Positions 14,110 to 27,055 are shown, counted from the stretch's first letter. The stretch is DNA of 64,000 nucleotides from Asterias rubens (GCF_902459465.1 NC_047068.1:10664001-10728000); one strand, 5' to 3'. Numbers and translations are program-made. Notes: generated by a model from the letters alone, not told the origin.

Positions 14110-14972
14110 CCTTCTTGTGTTTTACTCGTCGAATGTCGATGAAACGAAGTCTTCATCAGCATCTCCATCGTTAGAGGCACCTGTCCCTGATTTAATGCAG
14201 CATTTTCCCCAGACGGGATATCAGTGAGTTCGGCATCCTCAGGTAAGGTTGGCAGGTAACCTGTTACTCGTGAGTTCTCACCGCTGGAGCTGCACTCACT
14301 ACTCTTTGGACTTATTCCACCATTGTTTATGTATTGCACGTATATATCTGACTTGAGAAAACTTGGATAGGTTGATTCCCGGATAGTCTCCTCCACCTCG
14401 CCCTGGGCGGGGTCGAACAGGGACTCATCGAATACTGAGCTGCGGACCATGCCCGCTATGTTAGTTCTTAACGTTGAGGATATTTTCACCGCTTGTTGAC
14501 CGTCTGCTTTGATGAACTTCTTATATATGACCTTGGCTAGTTCGTTCCGTTTTGGATCATCGGCTGATTTCTTCTTAAATCCCTCGGTGGCTAACCAGAA
14601 TAAAAGAGGGTCCTGAGCTTTTTCCTGTACAAGAAACTGCTTGAATAAGCATATTCCGTCCTCGTCGGAGAGTAAGGCGTGTAGGCTTTCAGTCCAACGA
14701 GTGTAGGGTGGCGTCACGGACGCCGACCCTTCGGGTTCGAACCCAAGAGGAGCCTCATCCTCCTCTCTACCTCCAAGTCCAAGTTTCATGGCCGACATGA
14801 GTGTCGACCGACGCGGTGTTGCCGAGGGTGACCGTTCCTTGGTGATGCTGACTGAGCTGGTCGACACCGTTTCATTCTCTTCACCCGGCACAGGTGGCCG
14901 CTGACTTGTTGGAAGATTCTCAGTGAAGTTTCCACCACAATCTGCCATATAGTGATATACCTGAAGTGTCAT
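14110..14972 (-). CDS. AXIN: Axin first coding exon: tankyrase-binding motifs (RPPVPGEE, PLGFEPEGSA) and RGS domain
   Basis: ORF 14100-14993. ATG at 14972 in GCGCCATGA context. RGS-like sequence WTESLHALLSDEDGICLFKQFL...FWLATEGFKK...YPSFLKSDIY. Donor GG|GTACGT at 14109. Acceptor ttttttttcttcaagcAG at 15073-15074, so the exon spans about 14110-15072. Confidence 0.95.
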
Positions 14973-15022
14973 GGCGCCGCGGAATGCGCACAATTTTGCG
15001 AAAAGATGTCCACCAGCGGCAT
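14969..15022 (-). promoter_or_regulatory. 17-codon uORF whose TGA overlaps the Axin ATG (ATGA)
   Basis: ATG at 15022 reads MPLVDIFSQNCAHSAAP*. The stop at 14971-14969 overlaps the main ATG at 14972-14970. Confidence 0.6.
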
Positions 15023-18000
15023 GAGGAGTCTCCTTAATTTATCTTCCCAATTTTTGAAAACACAGTCTCCTTCTGCTTGAAGAAAAAAAAAAAACGCACA
15101 CAGTATATCCAGTGGGTTCAGGATTGGATATTCATAAGTGCTGTGAGATAGGGATAACTTGATCAATGGATGACAACTCCGCTATGCACAACACCCTTTC
15201 AACTCCTATCACCAACTGAATAAACCTGCAACAACAGAAGAGACAAAGAATTATGTTAATGAGTAATCCCATATGCAAATGGTAATGGAGAGCACTAGAG
15301 TCTGCCCAAATTGCCCCCTGTGTGATGAATGCATGCCTGTTATGTAACACTCAGGAATTTGTCCACTGAGCACACATTGCCACATGTCCTCACAGATCAT
15401 TGGTGCACTGAAGAAAAAAAGAAAAAAGGGGCCCCCTCTGACCACAGCACAGGTTCCATGTGTTATAAAAGCTACGGGAGGGCAGTAAAAACAAGTCTGT
15501 TTTCTACATCCCAGCAATCTCCAGTTTTAATGTCTTTTTATAGTCACCGATGATTTACTGCTCTGGACATTTCATGTGGGAAAATGTTCACATAAACCAT
15601 TAAAATTGTCCCACCAAATGAAGCAAGAATTGCAGAAAGCTTGATGAAAAAAACCTTCTGGTTCTGAACACAAATGGGCATTACATAATGCACTCTCTAC
15701 AATTTTAGACTGGACAGCAATACATGTACTTCTCACAAGCCCTTCTTCAAGTGCACAAAAAATGTCCAAGATAAAATTGAGTAAAAGACCAAACTTAATG
15801 ACGTAATTGTGGGCCATACCTCTATATTTCCGATTGTAAAGAAATCCTTTAAACTAATCCCTGAAATTTATAAAAAAATACCATAAAAGTTTAAAATCAC
15901 AAGTTAGTACTTCTGCAACAACAAAACTCTTGATAACAAAATTTTACAAGGATCAGTAAATATAATGCACGCATAATTTATCGACTTACAAATCTCCGTT
16001 GTACCATACATGTATACCCTGCGTATAATTACACCCCCTTCATATTTTCAGTTTATCCCTTCCCTTCTGGGACATCGAGCGTGTAAGAAGTAACCCAAGC
16101 AGCACAAATGTAATGCGCAAGGGTCACCAACAAACAGCAACGGCAGGTTTCCACAGGAAAAAATTGACCAATGAGTGTGAAATGAACCCAATTTCCTTAT
16201 TTCACACCTTAAAACTGATTGGCTTTCGTTGATAAGTTCACTTAAAAAAAATATATAATTCAACTATCCAGTCACATTCGAGTCCAGATAAATTACGGTC
16301 AACTATTTGACCCTCCGTCTCTTGGGTTTTAAATTGATTGTGAAACTAAATCAGAAAGTTAAACGCCAAGTCAGAATATTTTAAGAAACTATAAAACACT
16401 TACAAAGTTAAATAAAAAATGATAAGCATTACACAAACTAAGATTTGATACCAAAGCACGAGGCACAATTTTACTAATAACATTCAAAGATGATCTTTGT
16501 TTCGTTCAACACCACCAAACCCTTTTACCCAAAAATACCTCAGAATCCATAGACCACACTTCCAAAATTTAGGTACAGAGTGCCTCCAGTCATAAAAAAT
16601 CCTCTTGAAAAAAACATGAAAATAAAGTACTGACCTAAAGTTTCCAAAATCCCTTGAAAAAAAAAACCTCATCAGCAGATGCCTGCGGTAGAAACACTAC
16701 TTAAAACCCATCCAATATGAACACACACAACCAACACAAGAGTCTACGAGAATGTTTTTAATCTGGTTCCAATACCTCAAACGAGGTCATCTCACAAGAA
16801 CCCTGTAGTTGATTCTGGAACAAAACCAACTCCCCCCCTGGGCAAAGACCCAAGACTTCTGTCTCTTATTTCATCAAATGCTCAGAGTTTTTTTTATATA
16901 TAGTCTCCTTAAGAGTCTCCTTAAATAATTATGGAACTAAACAATCCCTCCCCCCCCCCTTCACCTTTGAAATTTTACTGACCCTGATTCCAATAATTTT
17001 GACGAATAATTCCTCCAAGACATTTTTTACATGGTCAATGTACTCCACTTATTTTTAGGTCATTTAAAATCTTTTTACCTTGAACAAATTTGTGATTGGG
17101 TTTTTAAAACACCTCAGTCTTTTGGAAGTTCTGGAAATCCATATTTTATTTTAATATAAAGTACTAATTAAACGTAGATAACTGCTTTTAGTTCATGCAT
17201 TTATAGTAGTTCGATTCACCATCTGCCAGTGTAAACTGCACTGCTGTTCATTTTCACTTGTGTGGTTTTTTAAATCAAACTACAAAATGCATACCATGGG
17301 GATTTGTTAGAGTGTGCATTCTTGCCTCCAGTAGAGTACATTATGTTTGATAACTGTACCAGCCTGACCCACAGACTGGAAATAACTCAAGTGGTCTACT
17401 AGGAAAATAGCTGACATTGAAACATAAAAATATCTGTCTGTTGTTTATAAAAATTACAGTCGGACATTAATTTGAACATACTTTCCGCAAACAGAAACAA
17501 AATACATTAAAAATAATAATACATTTAACAATTGAGCGACTTAAATTCTCAAACTTCAATACAAGAATTTTAAGCCAGAGTTTTCGTTGTCCACCCTTTT
17601 TTCCTGAACTGTGTAAATAACAAACGGCAGCCTGCATGGTTAAAAATGCAACAAAGCAAGGGCTCTATGGCCATACAGACAACTGAAATTCAAAGTCTTA
17701 ATAATTTTGGCATAAAACTCAATAACAACAAAATGTAAAATCTGAAATCTGGGTTGACAAAGTATTAGCTGAAACCCATGCAGCTTTATAGCGTGACCTT
17801 GCTCTATTGACGTGTGACCATTAAAGATGACCTAATTAAATCTGCAAAAATCCATTCATAAAATGAGTAAGACTAATCAAAGTTAAAACAGCCATGGCCT
17901 TCTCTTGTGCGATTTATAAATTGAATTGAAATTGTCCATGACACGGTTCTTTGCTTTTACTTGTTAGAAACTTCTTATTTATTTGCAGGTGTTTTTTCTT

Positions 18001-19295
18001 TAATTCATACCAGGAACCAGTATGAGGCAAGAAGGAAAAATAGTCTGGTTCCTTCTCTGTTTAAATGATCATCACAATTGGTTATTTCTATTCCATATGG
18101 GGTACATGACCTACAAGGTAAAAAAATGTTCAAAGATGTTTTCAAGTCGAAAGTTAAAATGTAACCAATTAATACACTATCAAAAATAAGAATGAATGCA
18201 AATCCGCTTTTCACTTACTTCGACCTAAAATTGTTTAGTTTTACCCCAAAATTATAAATAACATGATGGCTGTCAGATACACAGCATTTTTTCCAGAATA
18301 TTAAACATATACAAACGTTATTTCATTAAGTTAAGCATTTTGTTTTTGCTGTCAATCATATCCATAGTTATAGTTTACTGTGTCAAAATGAATTGCTTCT
18401 GAATTATTTTGAACAAATTGAGAAGCTATACTTCCAAATAGGCTATTCTTGCTTTTTGACAAAAAATCAAATTAATTTGTTAAATGTGTTCTTAATCTTA
18501 CAAAAATAAAAATAAATTGCTGCTTTCTAACTGTCGGTAATCAAAACAAAACAACATTGACTTTTGCAAAGAAAAAGCATCATATAACAAACCTCAAATT
18601 TACTTCAACATCCAATTACAAGTCTGGATAACATTTGAAAATGGGGTAGTTTAACAATCACAGCCCAGATATATTTAGTTGCACGATAGTGCCACATACA
18701 TGTACACTGACTTACACACTACAGCCAATGGGTTTCATACGGAGGTCGAGCTTGGTCATGCCATGTTGAGAACACAATCCGTAAGTAACCTTGTTGCTGG
18801 GACAGCTTCCTGTAGATCTATAGAGAGAGCTAGCTCTAACCGCCGAAATCAGCCAAAAAAAAACAGTAATTTCAAGCTCGTTTTAACACACAATGTAACC
18901 CTTTACCACCACCAAGGCTTTTTTATCACTTGTGATACAGCCATGTATTCCCTTTGGTAGGTTTACATGGCCGTTGTACGACGGTACGTACAAGAGGCGA
19001 CTGTAGTTCAAACCATGCCGTGATGGTTACACACAGACAGAGCAGCACTAACTACATGTACATGTACTGTACACTATACTCGACCGAGAGAAGCGTTCGT
19101 GTTGACTGGTGTAATAGTCAACAAAGCGTAATTTCACTCACCCCAAACGTCGATCAGCCAAAAGCTGGTGCAATTATTATCCAGGACTACACGTAGGCAA
19201 CTCACGTACAGCACATGTAAGCATTTTCAACAAGAAATACCATGTGAAAAAGGTGGAATTTCGAAGTTTGTAGGGCCGTTCCGTCCTTTACTTAC

Positions 19296-19436
19296 CGGAT
19301 AGCGTCTCTGACTGCGAGAAGTTTTTCTGTGTGTTTCAAAGTGCAACACATCAAAGCATGTGCCCGCCGCCCGATGGCTCCCAAAGGGCAGTGACGTTAC
19401 CTCAAAGGAAAAGCCGCACCAATCACAAAGGAGCAC
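19296..19436 (-). promoter_or_regulatory. Candidate Axin promoter / non-coding first exon with TCF-site cluster
   Basis: Donor CCG|GTAAGT at 19295. TTCAAAG at 19335, ACATCAAAG at 19348, GCCGCC at 19366, CTCAAAG at 19401, CCAAT at 19419, CACAAAG at 19424. The region is CpG-rich. Confidence 0.5.
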
Positions 19437-20651
19437 AATTTAGACCTGCGGAAGCGTGCATTCATAAAATGGGGAGGCGCAATTGTATTTGTGTCACTTA
19501 TCTTAATATAAACACTGCCACTGTAAGGAACTATTTCTCTTTGTATTGTTTATATAAATGTAGCTTGAACAAATACTATGACGGCCTTTTTTATACAATA
19601 TGTTTGTGCTTGAGGTTCAAATGATGATTGGTAAAACTATGTCGAGTATAGCAGTTTTACCCTTTTTGATGAATAGAATGATCCGATGCCCGAGGGCATT
19701 CGGCATTCTAGCGCCAGGCACACAGAGAGAAAGGACCGCACGGAAGTCCAGCGGGTCAACGTTGCGTGAAAGGCAGGGAAAAAAAAGACCGTTTCAAAAT
19801 GATTCACTGCATCACTCATGTACTTACTGTTGGCAAAATGAGGAGGCTAAATTGATGAATTGTGCAAAACAAACGGCCCCAATTCAAGGATCTTTGTGCA
19901 GTTTTGTTAATGGCTAGCCCCCCAAAACCAGAGCAACGTCAAAATCCGTGGCAGTGGAAGAAGACTTGCGGGTGTGTGTGTGTGTCTCTATACCCGAGCT
20001 CCCCATACGGCATGGAGCCGCTGAATGTTCCCTGCCGATTCCATTCAAATCAGCCAACGAATTAATTTGGCGTTGACCGGGCTAGGTCGGGGTCCGGTCA
20101 ACTGCGGGCCTCCGCACAAGCCAAGACGGCGCCTGTATAAATGAGCCAAATTGCCTCTTAGGGTCGCCTTTTCTCCATAATATTTCTGTACATTTTTTTA
20201 GGGTAAGCAGTTGACGCGATTTAAGACCAAAATGGAAGGGCATACTCAGGTGGAGGGGCCGGGAAAACGCACAATAAAACCGACCACAGGGAGGAGACAG
20301 ATTTAGGATCCATAATTTATAAAATAGCGTTTGCTGCTGGCAGGTATCGGTGACAATATTGACAACAATCTGTTAGCCGCCATCTTAGTACAACAACCAA
20401 GTCATAAAACTGGTTGGATTTGTGTAATATGGAGGCGACGTGCTATATTGACTGTGGTATGTAAACAAGGGTAATAAACAGTAATGCTTAGGGTACAGTC
20501 CTGAAAATTGTATCAACAGAAACTGACAATATAATACAAAACTTGAATAGTAGATTCATTAATGGGTATAAAAATAATTGAAAATAAATGTTTTCCTTTT
20601 GTTTTTAATGTGCACAATCCAATCGGATACATAAGGCGAAGTTAAAAAAAA

Positions 20652-20973
20652 CATGTTTCGCGTCCCCGCCCGCTTCCTTTTTACAGGCCGCCTCCTTTTT
20701 TATTTTATTTTTTATTTTATTTTTTTATGCACATTATTTTTTTTTTATTTTTTTTTTTAGGGTTATTTTAAATGATCTCAGCAAAAACAATCTGAATGTC
20801 TTGTCTGAATGCCTCGACTAAATTGTTTCATTTATGTTTTGTGTATTTCAGCAGTAGAAAAAACAATGGATATTTGACATTTTAACAAAGAATGGCAGCC
20901 ATCTTGAAATAAAAAATAAAAAATAAAAAGCCCCTCTTCCTCCTTTATTTGAAAAACCCGGACGTGAAACATG
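20652..20973. mobile_element. MITE with TIR CATGTTTC(G/A)CGTCC
   Basis: Inverted termini and internal T-rich/A-rich mirrored tracts. Confidence 0.55.
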
Positions 20974-21975
20974 AGGGGAAACAATGTATGGGTAATAAAT
21001 AGGGTAAGTAAATAAAAAGCCGGAAACTGGGCAAAATTCCAGTCTGTAAAATAATCTGTTGATTTCTCTTCAAATGTTTATAATCATTAATAACGGTCGG
21101 ATCGGAACCCTTGGTTCATCACCATTTAAATAAACGTAACCAAACCGAGGCTTGTAGGTAAAACACATTTGGACCATTTTGTATAAAACAAAAACCAATA
21201 GTTATGATCATACTTTTACTAACTGTCGGGGAACTTGGCAAAGAAACTGGCAATACGAACACGATGTGAATCTATAACAAGCTACACTTCTCAATTCTCC
21301 TCAGTGATTAAACCGATGTCCGATCCAAGTAGTGTAGAGAAAAATACCCCAAACCCCGCACAATCTAAAAAAAAACACTTCCATATTCAATACAGGCCTT
21401 CCTCATGATACGCCTTGCACACAGACTCACACTGTATTGTGGCCCCATTCAGCGAAAGAAGAGAGGCGGACGGACTGTGCCGACGTTAATCATTTATCAC
21501 CGCTAATAAAAACAGCCGAGGCTCTCTGATCTTGCCGCCAACGACCAGGTCTGCTTTGCCCGTACCGGCTTTATCTCTCTGCAGCATATCGGCCATAAAA
21601 ACAGAAAGGAGCGGCAGAAACCCGCCGCTGCAGTTCATGGCCTGCAAGGCTGACAAAGAACTCCATATAGCGATTTTTTTAAGGGAATGAATAAACACAG
21701 TGGGACTGGATGAGCTGGATTAGCGAGTTGCCCGTTTCAACGCCAACAATACGCCTATGGCTAAACCATCAATTGTGTGCCCGGGTTATACCATTCCTTT
21801 GTAGTTTTTTGCCCCTCACCCTCTCCCCCCTCTCTCCTGTCCCTTCCATATTTTTTTTTATTTTGGGTTTTCCCTGCGATAAGTGGAAGGCTGCTTAGGA
21901 AAATGAGCAATTATGATGTGATGTAGATTGGGCCGACATTTTCTTTCACCTACGAATCCTTCCTTTGTCGGTAGC

Positions 21976-21993
21976 CGGCGGCAACATCAAAGG
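21976..21993 (-). promoter_or_regulatory. Bipartite TCF HMG + Helper site CCTTTGATGTTGCCGCCG
   Basis: Perfect CCTTTGAT plus GCCGCCR, upstream of Axin in a CpG-rich block (21480-22020). Confidence 0.55.
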
Positions 21994-23743
21994 ACTTCGC
22001 AGGCGCAAAAAATGACAACTGTATGCTGTGCTAAGCATCAATAGTTGATTGGTATTATGCCAATGTGGGACTTATGACTGCTGTGAGAGATTTTGGATAT
22101 GGTCGGCACATACCCTGATTATTTTATTATTCAGGTCTTGGTCTGAAATTTTGCCAGTATTTTTATATTATTTGTTATGTTATCGTAATTTGCTATCCGT
22201 TGATTTGAGATGACAGACTTGCTAATTTTGGCTGGTGTTCAAAGCTGTATTCGTTTGCGGTTGTCTGTGTGATAGGCCTATTGCCAGTAGTTCATAATAT
22301 TTATAGGCGAAGTATAACTTTGGTTTTGGGAACTGTTCGATTGTTTTAATCATAAATGTAAGTAATGTAGATTATACAATAAAATTAACCTCTAAAAAAA
22401 AATCATTTTTAAAGGGTCGCGTGTTTTTTTTTTAACATCGCCGAAGGAAAATCCGGAGCAAATTTGTCCATCCACGCATAATGCAAAATTCAATTGGAAT
22501 AAACAATCTGAAAACGTTACTCGCAGTAACGCTTCTCAGATTACGATTTTGTGGCATAAAAACTGATATCTTTACCACATTATTTCGGAGTGGAATGTTT
22601 CGATATTGCCGTATCGAAAGCTGCTGTATAGGCTTCTATAGCCAGAAGTTTGAATTGCCATTTGTTTTAGATAACCGAACAAAAGGGCTCTATACATTAC
22701 CTTTAGGGTTATCTATGTGAACTATAGGGGATTTCATAAAAGAGCTTTAGTGAAAAGAACCTGTTTATTAATTAATTTAAGCAGAATAAATTATTGTAGC
22801 GCGTCATTAAACAAAAAATCATTTCTTTTTTTAAAGAATGTGTAATCACAATAATAATTAATGGTTTGTAGCTGGTCATCAAAATAGCAAATTATCACTT
22901 CCCTTCCATTCAGGTAAAAAAACGTTACCAGCAAAAATAGGCCTACCAATTCACAAGTGGCATTTGTTGCTGGCATCCTGCAGGCAGTGCTTATACTATT
23001 GTTGCAGCAGCAATATTTTCTGCTTGAACAGCTCTAATGAAATTTGACTGTGTTTATGTCCACATAAGTCGGACACGGTCAAGAGAATGGGTGCGGATTC
23101 TCGAATTGGGTCCTCCATTTTTACAAAAGCTCTGATCATGGGTTAGCCCTACTTTCTTAACACTCATTACATTTCGAGTTGTCCCTCATATGGCTTTTTT
23201 AAAAGAGCGTGGTTATTTCACTCTTTTTAGAGGGGTTTCACTCCAGGACAGAGTGAAAAATCACTCAAAAAGATGCAAACTTCAATCTCATAGAGTGGAA
23301 GGCCACTCGAAAAGGAGTTGTCCCTCATATGGCTCTTCGAAGGGTGGTTATGGAGGTAGAATATGGGCCAACGGAAGGGGGAGATGCATTTTTTTTCTCA
23401 CATCAAAATTGCCACTGTCGTTAGTGCTTTTCGATTTGGATGTCGTTTTTCAAGATCGATTCAAAAAGAAATCCTGAAACAAAATCCGGAAATTGTTGAG
23501 GATGGCAGTTTTAATGTTGGTGGAACGTGAAGAGGGATGATGTTCTTCTTACATGTTTTTATCGTGTCCACACCTATGATGTGTTTCAGGTTTCAGCCAA
23601 GCCCACATTTTATAGCTCTCTGCTAAGCCTGATGAGGGGAACACCAGTCACAAAATGGTACATGTAAAATTGTAGTTTGGCTGGTAACCTGAGACTGGTA
23701 AGCCGGCAGTTTTGTTGTGCTTGAGCATCTTTTTGTGATTTAA

Positions 23744-24105
23744 AGATGCTATGTCAGATTTTTGGCCGATTTGACCCACAAATTTTGATTTAAAATTCAA
23801 TAGTTATTTTGATGGGGATCGAGAAAGTTACAAGTTTCATTTGAACCATTGCTCGAAAAAGTTTGCCAATTATTAGTAGCAGTGAAATAAAGTGCTCAAA
23901 ATTAGTTTTTGTCGGGATCCCGACAATATTTCACGTGACCAATTCTTATGTATTTTAAAAGAAACGTTTTAAATTTTTGTCATGGTTCCTGACCATTAAC
24001 AGTAAAAGTTAAACTTTTTTCGTTAAACTTTTTTTCGTTGAAATACCATTCACTCAAACAAATCTATTTTTTAATGTTTGGGGCCAAACATCTGACATAG
24101 CATCT
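23744..24105. mobile_element. TTAA-flanked (Kolobok-like) MITE nested in a GCAGCTCTATGAAA(T/G)TGGGCCC-family repeat
   Basis: TIR AGATGCTATGTCAGAT/ATCTGACATAGCATCT, TTAA at 23740 and 24106. Fragments of the host family also occur near 11341, 28880, 32594, 42790, 56184 and 63940. Confidence 0.75.
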
Positions 24106-25545
24106 TTAAGCAGCTCTATGAAAGTGGGCCCAGAACAACTGAGCACTGTCTTTTTGTTGGCACTTTCATTGAACTCAGCTTCGTCACTAGCCTCGCCAGG
24201 GGACATCTGAGTATGTGAACAATGTTGAAAAGGAGTATGGGTCTAGAACTAATATTATCGTCTTCCGTAACGAAACCTTTTATAGTTCTAGGAGTAGGGT
24301 CTTACCTCCATGGTCTACTAAAGATGGTTCTGATTTTTAAATATGACTTTTTCTTTGACAGGCATAATACATCAGCGCCACAATAGGTTGTGATAAAATA
24401 ATATTATCATTATTCAGCTTTAATTTTATTTCCAAATCATGTTGATAATTTCACTTCGAAGTAATGTGCATGCATGCGGTTAGGGAAAGGATGAGTTTAT
24501 TATCCCCAAATTTTAAATCGGAGAACTTCGTTGACAATAGTTTTTTTTTCTTCGAATTGTGTAGTTCAGTTTCGAAATATTCTTCCTGTGTGGACATAAA
24601 CCGCTGCGGGGATTTTTTTTTTGCGATTTATCTATAAAAAAAAAAGCCGCTACAACCTTTTGACATAAAAGGCTAAACTCATAGATTAGATTGTACATAT
24701 ACATCTACATTCATCAAGCGCCGGATCGAAAAATCCATCATTTTTTCCTATACTTTTTGAAATGTGTCAAAGGATATACCTTATAAATAAGAACAATTTA
24801 TTCCTATAATGAGAAACCCAATGAACAAGAAGTTGTTTTCCTATATGTTAATATTATGACATTTTAAGAAGTGCTCTTTCCATTATTTTATTTTGATAAT
24901 TAAAATATGTGCAAGACAGTAGAAATTAGTGTTCCTCGTAGAGTGCCATAATACAGGTTTAGACAGGCTATAGTGTTTATTTTCTGTCACCAGTCAGGCG
25001 GAAGAAAAATGAAAAATTAGTTGGGCAAATTTCATCCCCCCCTCCCCCAGCGCCCCGACCCTTCAGTCAACATGGTTGCCATTGGTAGCATGCAGCTTGG
25101 TGCATGCAGCTTGTCATTGATGGCGCCCTTAGTTTTTAATAGGAGGTAGCAAAGTATTGATGGCAAGGAAGTTTTGCACCCCGCTGAAAATATTATGAAG
25201 TAAAGGAATTATTTTTTGTTTTTATCATTAGGCGAGACTCATGTATGGTAGGATTCTACAATTTGGCCTTATTAGCCTACTAGCTACTGATCGTACAATA
25301 CACCTGTGTTGTAAACATGGAGCTATAATTTGAAAGCTCTTTGGTTGTAAAAAAAAACAAAAAAACATTATCACACAAGAGGACGCTATTTTGAAAACTA
25401 TGACATGACTCAAACGATTACTTTGGTGCAACGACTTAGACAAGTCTACCAATTCGCATGCTGCTGGTTTCCTGACCAAACATTGTACACAACACCGCAC
25501 AACACAGTGTGTAGCATGTTGCGCAATACCAGTGAACTATCCAAA

Positions 25546-25638
25546 ATGGCAGCTTCCACGAGTGAACAGAAAACCACAACGGTGACAGAAGATACAACAG
25601 AAAAAAGCGAGGAAGAAACAACAACATTTGCGTCTTTG
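25546..25638 (+). CDS. DDX47: DDX47 exon 1 (MAASTSEQ...TFASL)
   Basis: AAAATGGC start, donor TTG|GTAGGA, 93 nt, phase 0. Confidence 0.88.
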
Positions 25639-26299
25639 GTAGGAGATTAAATAACGTTTTGTATTATCATCATCAGTATTATTTCTGTTCAACATGTAAA
25701 TGTCATGATTGTGATTGTTTAGGGCTAAATAAAAACCGTCATTTAAAAAAATTAATTACAAATTTTGACGATTCCAGTTTTCTGAAATTCTGTTCATTCA
25801 TTCAATTCATAAATAAAATTTACAACTTACAACTTTACATTTTAGTATTGTTTGTCTTTTTTAAAGGGTCAATAATTAACATTACTATCCATAGTTAGCG
25901 TAAGTGCTGTAACTACAGTACTACAAACGGTACTAGGCCCTACCTAGTACCTGTCCTAGCATGCCTAGTCTAGTCAGTTGCGATATATTATTATAACTTA
26001 TTATAAGTTATAACGTAACCCTCCTCCCGACTGACTCGCTGTCGGGAGGGGGAGGGTTAGGTTAGTGCAACTATCACTCAGCTACACCACTCAGTTGGTC
26101 ACGATGATCGCAACGAACTAGTGGCAGGGCCCAACCAATCATTGCTCTGCTAACCAAAACATGCGTAACCGAACTTCGTAAGCACTGCTGAATCAGCGCT
26201 TAACTGACGATGACGGAAAAGCAGGGAATTCTGCACTTATTACTTACGTAAAGAGTATTTCATAGGTTTGCAGGGAATTTAGGACTCTAGCCTAGCCTA

Positions 26300-26995
26300 G
26301 CAACAAGAGCAACACCACCCTTGGCTTTCTTCGTCGCAACCTCAGAAAATGCCCTCCAAAGATCAAGGAACTGGCCTACAAGACATGTTCGTCCCACCCT
26401 TGAGTACTCGTCATCGGTATGGGACCCACACACCCAAGATCTGATCTCCTCTAGATAGAAATGGTTCAGCGGCCTGCCGCAAGATTTGTGATGGCTGACT
26501 ACAACCAAATGAACAGTGTCACACAGATGCTGAATAACCTCAAATGGCAATCTCTTCATGAACAAAAGCAAAGTCATCATGCTGTATAGGATTGTGCATG
26601 GTCTTGTTGCCATCCCAGCCACACCACCCTTCTTAACAGTTACACCCATCTTCATCAAATCAGACTAGAGGCCACCATCTACAATTCACACAACAGCATT
26701 GTAGAATACTCACATACCAGCTAGACCCAGTGACTAAGGCGCTAGATTCCTTTTTTCGAAATTTTGACATTATCGGTCATGGTTTCAGCTCAGTCTCTTG
26801 AGGTCTTCCGGAGCCACCTGAATCCACTCACCCTCCGATAGTCTACCACACAGACATCTTTTTACTTGCACCTTGACCTCAGTCTGTAGCACATTTTTTT
26901 GATATTTGTTCCTGTGGCCAAGCACTTTTGCACCACAGTACGACTATACTACTCTGGAGGGATGTACTTATTGGAAGATAGATAGATAGATATAT
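26300..26995 (+). mobile_element. 5'-truncated, frameshifted LINE (L2/CR1/Crack group) 3' end in DDX47 intron 1
   Basis: Plus-strand remnants LGFLRRNL..C..KIKELAYKT/VRPTLEYSSSVWDPH/VQR.AARFV/MLYRIVHGLVAI, ending in a (GATA)n tail. Confidence 0.85.
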
Positions 26996-27055
26996 AGGAG
27001 CTCCTTTCCCTTGTGCAAAATATGGCTAAGTTTTGATTTACATCTCTTCAACTAG

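Noticed and set aside
6200-19100. Frequent TACATGTA palindromes
   Set aside because: They are scattered across the window without clustering and look like a genome-wide compositional signature.
26100-26210. Possible C/D snoRNA in DDX47 intron 1
   Set aside because: Box C is imperfect (ACGATGA), there is no convincing terminal stem, and I recognised no rRNA guide.
26287-26658. 123-aa minus-strand ORF
   Set aside because: It is the antisense of a decayed LINE. The recognisable protein remnants are on the plus strand.
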